Origin: an uncultured virus (IMG/VR IMGVR_UViG_3300043772_001084)
Taxonomy: Duplodnaviria; Heunggongvirae; Uroviricota; Caudoviricetes
Virus record (IMG/VR): IMGVR_UViG_3300043772_001084
Reading direction: 5' to 3' (one strand)
DNA: 64,000 nucleotides
Shown here one piece after another: positions 38,716 through 47,900 of the stretch. The notes beneath the pieces are model-generated. The model saw only the letters and a list, made by a program, of their open reading frames with translations, was not told where the DNA came from and did not search any database. The first letter of the stretch is position 1. Each line of letters opens with the position of its first letter. The translations under genes and the position numbers were made by a program.

Positions 38716-38799
38716 TTTTTTTACTTTATAAGATATTTATGAGTAATGTAAATAATATAATTTACAAATATAAACATAAATATTAAAAAAAACAAAAAA

Positions 38800-39288
38800 A
38801 TGGCTGATTTATTAATGAAAATGCCTATCCCTTACGAACCTAAGCGTAATAATAGGTGGATCTTGAGATTCCCTTCTTCTTTGGGGATAAATGAATGGTA
38901 TGTTGAAAGCACATCACGACCAAAATTGAAAATAAATTCAGTTCCAATCCCATTCTTAAATACTGAGGTTTATGTCGCTGGTAAATTTAATTGGGAATCA
39001 CTTCCTGTTGTATTTAGAGATCCAATCGGACCGTCTGCAACACAAGCTATTATGGAATGGATTAGAACTTGTGCTGAATCTGTAACTGGTCGTATGGGTT
39101 ATGCCGCTGGTTATAAGAAAAATGTTGATCTTGAAATGTTAGATCCAACAGGAGTTGTTGTTGAAAAATGGATTCTTGAAGGTGCGTGGCTTACCGGATA
39201 CGATGGGGGATCTTTAAAATATGGTGGAGATGAGGTTTCAACAATATCTTCCACGATTGTTATGGATCGTTGTATCTTAGTTTATTAG
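38800..39288 (+). CDS. Tail tube protein (T4 gp19-like)
   Basis: YEPKRNNRW, VAGKFNW, MEW, YKKNVDLEMLDPTG.VVEKWILEGAW; synteny with the sheath gene. Confidence 0.88.
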   Translation: MADLLMKMPIPYEPKRNNRWILRFPSSLGINEWYVESTSRPKLKINSVPIPFLNTEVYVAGKFNWESLPVVFRDPIGPSATQAIMEWIRTCAESVTGRMGYAAGYKKNVDLEMLDPTGVVVEKWILEGAWLTGYDGGSLKYGGDEVSTISSTIVMDRCILVY

Positions 39289-39326
39289 TTTTTACTAAAA
39301 AACATCTACCCAAACTTAACTTTGTT

Positions 39327-39358
39327 AAATTCCCATATATTTATATGTATGGGAATTT
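39327..39358 (+). promoter_or_regulatory. 14-bp hairpin sequestering the ATG at 39349, with TATTTAT at the apex
   Basis: AAATTCCCATATAT-ttat-ATGTATGGGAATTT (one G-U pair). Confidence 0.75.
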
Positions 39359-40257
39359 TTATTTGTGAATTATGTAATAAGGAGTTTAATACGATAAATA
39401 GTATCAGATCCCATTCAATTCAAAAACACAATATATCGGCAGAAGATGTCTATATTAAACATATATTGAATGATAATACCCCTAAATGTGAATGTGGTTG
39501 TGGTGAAAAACCTCCATTTATCACAGTAACTAAAGGGTTTTCAAGATTTATACAATCACACCATAATAGAGTTAAAGGTAAAAATAATTTCCATAAAAAT
39601 CCGGAAACCCACAAAAAAGCTATTGAAACACAAAAGAAAAATTGGAAAGAAGGAAAATATAAAGGATGGTGGGAAGATAAAACACCAGAGACAATTGCAA
39701 AAATTGAGGGTATTAAAACAAAGTTAAGAAATGATAAAGAGAGAGGTAAAAAAATATCTGAAAAATTAAAGGGTGTCCCAAAAACTGAAGAAAGTAAAAG
39801 AAAATTATCTGAAACACAGAAAAAAAGATATATTGATAATCCAGAATTAAGAGTTAATCAATCTAAATCTAGATTAGAATGGATGAGAAAAAACTCAAAA
39901 GTAAAAACATCAAAACTTGAAATAACCTTTATTAATATGTTAGAAAATATTGGTTTAAAAAAAGATGTTGATTTTATATATAACTATTTAATTTTTGAAA
40001 TAAAAACATTTTTTGATTTTTATTTACCCAATAAAAATGTGTTAATTGAAGTTGATGGTGATTTTTACCACTGTAACCCTATGACGGAATATGAAATACC
40101 AAAATATGAAATACAAAGAAAGAATAAAATAAATGATAAACGCAAAAATACTTGGTGTAAAAACCATAATATAACTCTTTTAAGATACTGGGAAAAAGAT
40201 ATTAAAGAAAGACCAGAGTGGGTTATTTTAGATTTAAAAGAAAAACTTAATTTATAA
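39349..40257 (+). CDS. Putative homing endonuclease (C2H2 Zn finger, NUMOD3-like, DUF559/Vsr-like nuclease)
   Basis: CELC..H...H, CECGCG, KTEESKRKLSE, FDFYLP...IEVDGDFYH...LLRYWE; start moved to ATG 39349. Confidence 0.8.
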   Translation: MGIFICELCNKEFNTINSIRSHSIQKHNISAEDVYIKHILNDNTPKCECGCGEKPPFITVTKGFSRFIQSHHNRVKGKNNFHKNPETHKKAIETQKKNWKEGKYKGWWEDKTPETIAKIEGIKTKLRNDKERGKKISEKLKGVPKTEESKRKLSETQKKRYIDNPELRVNQSKSRLEWMRKNSKVKTSKLEITFINMLENIGLKKDVDFIYNYLIFEIKTFFDFYLPNKNVLIEVDGDFYHCNPMTEYEIPKYEIQRKNKINDKRKNTWCKNHNITLLRYWEKDIKERPEWVILDLKEKLNL

Positions 40258-40269
40258 AAATACACACCC

Positions 40270-40325
40270 TTTACAACCAAAATATAAATCCATATATTTA
40301 TTAGAAATAGTAAATGTATGGATTT
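40270..40325 (+). promoter_or_regulatory. Sigma70-like promoter + TATTTAT + 18-bp GAAA-capped hairpin sequestering ATG 40318
   Basis: TTTACA (40270), 17 nt, TATATT (40293); hairpin AAATCCATATATTTATTA-GAAA-TAGTAAATGTATGGATTT at 40286-40325. Confidence 0.75.
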
Positions 40326-41901
40326 TTCTTTTTTTACAACTAATAACAAATCTGGTTATAAAACCAATGAAAAATGGTTAAATAATAATGAACCAGAATT
40401 ATATTCAAAAATAGTTGAATATTCAAAAAATATTCAAGACAATATAACCTTTAAAGAAAAAATATATTTTTATTTTCATAATTTAAAACAAAGACCAAAA
40501 TGTGTTTCTTGTGGTAATGAAATAAAATTTAGAAATAGATTTGATAAACCATACGGTGATTTCTGTTCCTTAACTTGTGCAAATAATTCAAAGGACGAAT
40601 TAATTAATAGACAAAAGAAAACTTTCAATAAAAAGTATGGTGTTGATTTCTACACTCAACATAATGAATTTATAAAAAAACAAAAAGAAACCAAATTAAA
40701 AAAGTATGGGAATGAAAATTATAATAATGTAGAAAAAAGTAAAAAAACCAAAGAACAACATTACGGTAATAGTAATTACAACAACATTGAAAAACAAAAG
40801 AGAACATGTGAAATCAAATATGGTGTTGATAATTATGCAAAATCAAATAACTACCGGAATAAATTAATCAAAGAGTTTAAAAACTTATACCCAGATATTA
40901 ACTTTAAAGAAGTAAAAAAAAGTTCTGTTATTGTAAAATGTCCTATTTGTAAAAATGAATCAGAACTTTCTAAACAATTATTATATGAACGACATAAAAG
41001 AAATTATGAATGTTGCCTAACTTGCAATCCAGTTGGGATTAGTCAGAGAAGTGGTTATGAAGATGAAATTTCTAATTTTTTAAACGAGATTAATATCAAA
41101 CACATAACAAATTATAAACTACCCAATTCAAAAGTTGAGATTGATTTGTTTATTCCGGAACACAATATTGGGTTTGAATTCAATGGTTTATATTGGCACA
41201 ATGAATTATTCAAGTCACCAAACTATCATTTGGAAAAAACAATTAAATGTAATAATCTTGGAATTAGTTTAGTTCATATTTTTGAAGACGAATGGATTTA
41301 TAAAAAAGAGATTGTAAAATCAATTATAAAAAATAAACTTAACATTAGTGAAAATAAGATATATGCTAGAAAGTGTATTATAAAAGAAGTATCAACACCA
41401 GAATCTAAAAAGTTTTTAGATGAAAACCACATCCAGGGAAATGTTAATTCAAGTGTAAAACTAGGACTATATCATAATGATGAATTAATATCACTTATGA
41501 CATTTTCAAGAGGTAGAATTATTATGGGAGGAAAAAAAGATGAATGGGAATTAAATAGATTTTGTAATAAGATAAAAACAAATGTTATTGGATCGGCATC
41601 AAAATTATTAAAGTCTTTTGTTTTAACATATAAACCAGAAAAGTTAATATCATATTCTGATGTTAGAATTTTTGACGGTAAAATGTATGAAAAATTAAAT
41701 TTTAAAATGATTTCACAATCAAAACCAAATTATTGGTATGTAATTGGTGATAAAAGACATTATAGATTTAATTTTAATAAATCAAATCTGGTGAAAGAGG
41801 GTTATGATAAAGATAAAACCGAAAAACAAATTATGTTTGATAGAAAAATTTATAGGATATATGATTGTGGAAATATTCGTTGGGAATTAACTATTGATTA
41901 A
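40318..41901 (+). CDS. Hef-like putative homing endonuclease (paralogue of 37099..38715)
   Basis: Same architecture: KYG repeats, IDLFIPEHNIGFEFNGLYWH, ELNRFC..SASKLL..SYSD..IYDCG. Confidence 0.75.
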   Translation: MDFSFFTTNNKSGYKTNEKWLNNNEPELYSKIVEYSKNIQDNITFKEKIYFYFHNLKQRPKCVSCGNEIKFRNRFDKPYGDFCSLTCANNSKDELINRQKKTFNKKYGVDFYTQHNEFIKKQKETKLKKYGNENYNNVEKSKKTKEQHYGNSNYNNIEKQKRTCEIKYGVDNYAKSNNYRNKLIKEFKNLYPDINFKEVKKSSVIVKCPICKNESELSKQLLYERHKRNYECCLTCNPVGISQRSGYEDEISNFLNEINIKHITNYKLPNSKVEIDLFIPEHNIGFEFNGLYWHNELFKSPNYHLEKTIKCNNLGISLVHIFEDEWIYKKEIVKSIIKNKLNISENKIYARKCIIKEVSTPESKKFLDENHIQGNVNSSVKLGLYHNDELISLMTFSRGRIIMGGKKDEWELNRFCNKIKTNVIGSASKLLKSFVLTYKPEKLISYSDVRIFDGKMYEKLNFKMISQSKPNYWYVIGDKRHYRFNFNKSNLVKEGYDKDKTEKQIMFDRKIYRIYDCGNIRWELTID

Positions 41902-41936
41902 ATCAAGTATTCGTTTATTTTTTAATAAAAAAAACT

Positions 41937-42701
41937 ATGGATCAAGATTTAGTAACATACGGACAAATGGATTTTAATTTACCACACGATATTGTCCAAC
42001 TACCATCAAATGGTATTTTCTATACATCAAAAAAGAAATCAGTTAAAGTTGGTTATTTAACCGCTAGTGATGAAAATATCTTGGTAAATATTGATGGAAC
42101 AAAAACAATAAAGGAAACAATTATTATTCCTTTGTTAAGAAATAAATTATACGAAAGAGATATAAGACCAGAAGAATTACTAGAAGGTGATGTTGAGGCC
42201 GTTCTTTTATTTTTGAGAAACACATCATTTGGTCCGGAATATAACATTGTTGTAAATGACCCAAAAACAGGAAAATCGTTTGAAGCCTCAATTATGCTTG
42301 ATGAGTTGAACATCATTCAACCAAAAGTTCAACCAAATAGCGAAGGTTTATTTGAAGTTGTATTACCAACTTCTGGTGCTCATGTCAAATTAAAATTACT
42401 AAGTTTAATTGACACAATGGAAATTGATAAAATTGTTGATCTATATCCAGTTGGTTATAATGCACCAATTGTCACCACAAGGTTGTCAAAAATGATTGTT
42501 GAATTAAATGGGGATAAAGACCAAAATAAGATTTCTACCTTCATCCAAAATATGCCGATTAGAGATTCTAAATTTATTAGATCCTTTATGAAAGAAAATG
42601 AACCAAGATTGGATCTTAAAAGAACTGTTATAGCCCCGTCAGGAGAAAAGGTAGATGTAAATATCGCCTTTGGGGTGGAATTTTTTCGGCCTTTCTTCTA
42701 A
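41937..42701 (+). CDS. Tail assembly chaperone / baseplate hub assembly protein (T4 gp26-like)
   Basis: LPSNG.FY, LTASDENIL, GD..A.LLFLR.TSFG, ends EFFRPFF; lies between tube and tape measure. Confidence 0.75.
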   Translation: MDQDLVTYGQMDFNLPHDIVQLPSNGIFYTSKKKSVKVGYLTASDENILVNIDGTKTIKETIIIPLLRNKLYERDIRPEELLEGDVEAVLLFLRNTSFGPEYNIVVNDPKTGKSFEASIMLDELNIIQPKVQPNSEGLFEVVLPTSGAHVKLKLLSLIDTMEIDKIVDLYPVGYNAPIVTTRLSKMIVELNGDKDQNKISTFIQNMPIRDSKFIRSFMKENEPRLDLKRTVIAPSGEKVDVNIAFGVEFFRPFF

Positions 42702-42849
42702 ATACTCAAAATTCTTATTAGACGAATATTTTTATCTTGCAAAATACATACATATGCAATATAATGAATTTTTGTCAATCCCAACATATGTTAGAAAATA
42801 TCTTGTAGAAAAGCTGTTGGAAGATTTGCAACCACCAAAAAATCAATAA
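42682..42849 (+). CDS. Overlapping +1-frame ORF (gp51/gpT-like chaperone extension; not in the ORF track)
   Basis: Manual translation FFGLSSKYSKFLLDEYFYLAKYIHMQYNEFLSIPTYVRKYLVEKLLEDLQPPKNQ; the frame is open from 42661 to 42849. Confidence 0.65.
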   Translation, partial: FFGLSSKYSKFLLDEYFYLAKYIHMQYNEFLSIPTYVRKYLVEKLLEDLQPPKNQ

Positions 42850-42875
42850 AAAAGTATTTATTGTAAAAAGTTAAT

Positions 42876-44870
42876 ATGGGTCTTACTGATAGTTTATTAT
42901 TAAAACTTGCACAAGGTATTTTTGGATCAACAATTAAATCTGTTAATGATTTATCTTCCGACCAGAAAAAAGCCGTTGAGGCCGCATATAAACAAGGTAT
43001 GGCAGATGCCGAAAACAAGAAAGAAAAAACAGAGTTAAAAAGTTCTCCATCAACAATTACCGTTAGTGATACACCAGCAGAAAAATCGGCAGGTGCTTTA
43101 GATTTTTCAGGTATTGCGAGTGATTTAGGTGAAGGTCTTGGTAGAGCGACAGCACCATTTACTAGTTTAGAAACAGTAAAAAATGATGTTAATGCGTTAA
43201 TTATTGAGTCACAAAAACTTGCCAGCACAATGGGTCTTGGTCGAGCAAGAGCCGGTGAGTTGAAATCCACAATAGCCGATACTTTACCAGAAATGGTAAA
43301 ATTGGGAATGACAACGGATGAAAGTATAAAAGTAATAACCGACATCCCAAACGCATTAAAGACAAACGCATCAATCGCCAATGAAACCATAGTAGAGCTT
43401 GGTGCAACATCCAAATTTGCCGGCGTTGATGTTGGAAGTTTAGTTAAAGAGTTTTCAAGTGTAGGAACACAATTATCAAGTGTTGGTGACGAAATGGCCG
43501 ATGTTGCAAATTACGCTAAAAGTGTTGGTGTTAATGTTAAAGAAGTCACAGCCGGAGTTGTTGGGAATTTAAAACAACTTAATTTATTTAATTTTGAAAA
43601 TGGTGTCCAAGGGTTAGCAAAAATGCAAGCACAATCAGCAATGCTTGGTGTTAATATGGAAAAAGTTTTCGCAAAAGCGGATTCATTATTAAATCCAGAA
43701 TCAGCAATTGAATTTACTTCAGCATTACAAAGATTAGGTGTAACATCAACAGAATTATTAGATCCACTATCAGCTATGGATATGGCTCTTAACGACCCAG
43801 CAAAACTCCAAGATGAAATGACCAAGGTTGCACAACAATTTACAAGGTTGAAAGCGGATGGAACCGGATTTGAAATTTTACCAGGCGCTAAATTACAATT
43901 AAGAGAAGTTGCAAAAGAACTTGGTATGAGTGCTGACGAGTTGGCAGGTATGGCAATTAAAAGTTCTGATTTGGATATGAAATTAAAACAAATTAGATTT
44001 CCAAGTTTTGCGGCTAGTGAAGAAGATAGAATGTTAATTGCTAATATGTCTCAAATGAAAGACGGTAGAGCTGTTGTTCAGATTACAGATGAGACAGGTG
44101 AGAAAAAAGAAGTTGCAGTTGAGGATTTAACAGCTAACCAGTTAGAAGAACTAAAAAAAGAACAAGCAAATCAAAATAAATCAGCTGAAGAAATTGCAAG
44201 AGATCAGCTTTCCGTTCAAGAAAGAATTGAAGGTATTTTGAAAGGTACTGAATTATCCGCAAGAATGGGTGTTGCAAGTTCTGGAACATTACAAAGAGCA
44301 GCTGAAGCTAACTTGGCTATTAGAGAATCTGCGATGGAAAACTTATACGGTAAAGTAAAAACTAAAGATGTGAGAGGCGCTGTCACTGATATTACATCAC
44401 CAGTTGAAAGTTCTATAGTTTCTTTATTCACAGAAGGCGGTCTTTCTTCTGAAAATATTACAAGAATATCTGACACACTAAATGATATACCAAAAAATTT
44501 AATGAATAGAGTTTTTGGTTTGACAATGGGTGCTTTAGAAGGTGCCGAAAGTGGTATTAAACAAGGCGCCGCAAGAGTGTCTGGAATATACGGTGGTATT
44601 GGTGGGCTTCAACCAATTACCGAGTCTGAAGTTAGCACAAGTTATATAACCCAAATTAAAGAATTTGTTAGTAAAGCAACAACACTTCTGGAAACCAAAA
44701 CAGATCAAAATTTTAATGTCCAACAAAAAATTGATATTACAAATTCAGATGGTTCTTTAAAAAATGCTCCACCAGAATTATATAATGTGATAATTGATAA
44801 ATTAAAAAACGACCCAAAAAATTTATTAGAACTTGATGCTGGTATTAAAAAAGTAACTAGTGGCATTTAA
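42876..44870 (+). CDS. Tape measure protein-like
   Basis: Ala/Gly/Leu-rich helical protein after tube and chaperone; QLREVAKELGMSADELA motif. Confidence 0.65.
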   Translation: MGLTDSLLLKLAQGIFGSTIKSVNDLSSDQKKAVEAAYKQGMADAENKKEKTELKSSPSTITVSDTPAEKSAGALDFSGIASDLGEGLGRATAPFTSLETVKNDVNALIIESQKLASTMGLGRARAGELKSTIADTLPEMVKLGMTTDESIKVITDIPNALKTNASIANETIVELGATSKFAGVDVGSLVKEFSSVGTQLSSVGDEMADVANYAKSVGVNVKEVTAGVVGNLKQLNLFNFENGVQGLAKMQAQSAMLGVNMEKVFAKADSLLNPESAIEFTSALQRLGVTSTELLDPLSAMDMALNDPAKLQDEMTKVAQQFTRLKADGTGFEILPGAKLQLREVAKELGMSADELAGMAIKSSDLDMKLKQIRFPSFAASEEDRMLIANMSQMKDGRAVVQITDETGEKKEVAVEDLTANQLEELKKEQANQNKSAEEIARDQLSVQERIEGILKGTELSARMGVASSGTLQRAAEANLAIRESAMENLYGKVKTKDVRGAVTDITSPVESSIVSLFTEGGLSSENITRISDTLNDIPKNLMNRVFGLTMGALEGAESGIKQGAARVSGIYGGIGGLQPITESEVSTSYITQIKEFVSKATTLLETKTDQNFNVQQKIDITNSDGSLKNAPPELYNVIIDKLKNDPKNLLELDAGIKKVTSGI

Positions 44871-44920
44871 TATTTTGAGTTATAAAATCAATTTTTTTTG
44901 TATTTATTTTAAAATAGGAT

Positions 44921-47900
44921 ATGGCTGAAAGTTTATTGTCGTTTGCAAATTCATCAAGTTTTAGAAATCAATTGATTGCTAGAAACTTAAAACCATATAC
45001 GGTTCCAGGTGTATTCTCAAGCCCATCAACTAATGTAAATTATGAAACAAATTTAACAGTAACAAGTGTAATTGATTCATCAGATACTTTAATATCCACA
45101 AATCAATTTGCAAATACATTATATCCATTAAACGAATATGGACCAGAAGGTGGTTTTAATGGAAAATACTCAATACCAGGGTCACCATATCCTATTGATT
45201 CAAATTCAGGACCTTATGATCCAAACGACACCACTCTTGACTTAATTAATGAATTTTTTATTGATGCGGCATATGTCCAAAATATTTATGGACCTCAAGG
45301 TGGTTATTCCGATTTAGTGGTAATTACTGATGTTGTTGGAAATCCAAAACTTTATCAACCATATTGGGATCCATCATCCTTTGTTGCTTCAACTTATAAG
45401 ACATATGATTTAATTTTTAATCAAAATCCATCTGGATCTAATGGTTCATTATCTCAAGATACATACCTTGCTAGATTGGGAGCACAACAATTAAAGAGTG
45501 CGTTTGAGGAGAGAATTGCTGATCAACTTAAAAAGAAAACAATTGGTAGATTAAATTTAGATTCTTTAGAAGATCCTTTTAGTGCTAGTTTGGTTGCTGC
45601 AGGTAAAGAACCCTTTATTGAAAAAAATTGGACAATAACTCAATCTGAAAGTCCGGTTGAAGCTGCCGTTGAATTTGGTTTAAGATTATCAGGAACTTAT
45701 TTTCCAACATCAACAATACCAGGTGATTATTTTAACGACATTAATTTCCAAGCACCAAAACTTGAAAAAGCATTAAATGTTGTAAATGGTGTTACTGGTG
45801 GTTTATTAGGGCCAATACTTGATGTTTTTAGAAATCCTTCAGAAACATTTGTTGCCAATACCGGAAATGGACAAAGATCAATTTTATTTTCATCTCTTGA
45901 TTATAATAAATATAGACCAAAATATGTAAGAGGACCATTACAAAGTATTACAACTGGTCTTGATAGAATTTTAGACCCAAACAAACCAAATACTGGTGGT
46001 TATTATGTTGGAAGTCCAGAGGCGGAACCATCACAGATTGACTCACCAGCAAATCAAATACCAGTAGGACCAGGTGGAAAACAAATTAACACAATTGTTT
46101 ATGGACCACAAGAATTGGGTATTTTATATGAAGGAAATGAAAGTAAATTATTAAATGGTTTAAAGGGTAAATCACTTAGTGATGGGGGTGGTATATCCGG
46201 ACAATTTGTTTGGACATCACCGAAATATAAAGACAACGCAGGTTTTAAACAAGGTCGTAATGGTAAAGTAACATCTTTAGATCAACAATTTGAGACAATA
46301 CGAGCAGATTACCAAGGTTACCAATCAACAACGATTCCCTTCAAAGAAGGATCAATATTGGACGACACACAAAGGTTAGTTGAATCTGCCGACAAAGTTA
46401 CCGGTTTATCAAGACTAAAACATGTTGGAAACGCAATCAACCAAGTATCAAAAGTATTTAATGATGGATATAAAGAACTAACAAAAGGCTCACAAGTATT
46501 ATCCTACAAAGACAATGCTGACAATACTTCAGTTGGGATTGAATATTGTAGAGTTTTTACAAAAGATACACCATATTACACTTATGCCGATTTACAAAAA
46601 TCAGATGGTATAACAAAAACAGGTAGAGGGTTTTCTTACTCAATATTTGATAATACATATAACTTGAATATTGCACCACTTAAAAATCCTGGATCAACGA
46701 ATATTGTTGATAATAAAGTAAAAAAATATATGTTCTCAATTGAGAATCTTGCTTGGAGAACATCAGATAGACCTGGATTCACATATGATGATTTACCAGT
46801 TTGTGAAAGAGGACCGAATGGTGGTAGAATTATGTGGTTTCCACCTTACGATTTAACATTTTCTGATGATAGTTCGCCAGAATTTAATAAGACATCTTTT
46901 TTAGGGAGACCAGAACCAATATACACATATAAAAACACAACAAGAAAAGGAAGTTTAAGTTGGAAAATAATTGTGGATCACCCAGCCGTAATGAATACAA
47001 TTGTCCAAAAACAATTAAAAAAGGCTGACCCAGAATTGGTCGACTCAATACTTAATTCTTTTTTTGCTGGATGTGTAAAATATGATTTATACGAATTAGG
47101 TATTAAATTTAATACAATTCCAACAAGAGATTTATTTACCTATCAACAAATCCTAAATAATCCAAGATTAACATCAGAAGAATTAGGACAAGTTGCTTTT
47201 GAAATCCCAAAAAAACCAGAAGAAGAAGATAAAACAAAAAACAATGCAACTGGCGCTGATAATGTTACTACCGGTGGTGGTTCAAAAACTAAAGAAAATA
47301 CAACAGACACAATAAAAGATATTCCATTAGATGAATTTATTAACTACGGATTTTATTTTGATAATGATTGTCCTGAATGTAAAGGTAGTTGGAGTAAAAC
47401 CGCCAGCCAACCATATGATAGTTGGTATGATGGGTATATCGGAAATAAAGGTAAATATGATACATCGGCACCAGCAATTACATACACCAAAGAAGGGACA
47501 ACATATAAAGAATGGAGTAAAGCTGGTATCCCAAACTTTTTTACACAAGTTGTTGAAGGTAATTTCAATAAAATTAAAGGTGATCTTTTAACTAAAATTG
47601 GTGAAATTTTATTAAATGGTGGTGAAGTATCAATAGATTTGGTTGGTTCAGCATCAGCCGTACAAACACCAGCATATAATAAAACATTATCAGAAAGAAG
47701 AATTGATTCAGTAATTCAATGGTTTAAAAAACAACAAGATAAAAATGGTAAGTCTTTTGAAGACTATGTCACAAATAAAAAACTTATTATAAAGGGAGAC
47801 CCAAGAGGTGAGGAAATTGTGATACCAAAATCAAGTGCCGAAGCGGTAAGTGGACCTACAGTTGTTGGGTCTGGTGAACAAGGTGTATTATCAGATAGTG

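Noticed and set aside
42791..44726. Antisense ORFs over the tape measure gene (42791..43414, 43511..43825, 44216..44476 and others)
   Set aside because: Antisense shadows of a codon-biased gene, with no motifs and no promoter or start context. The same applies to other short nested ORFs in the track.
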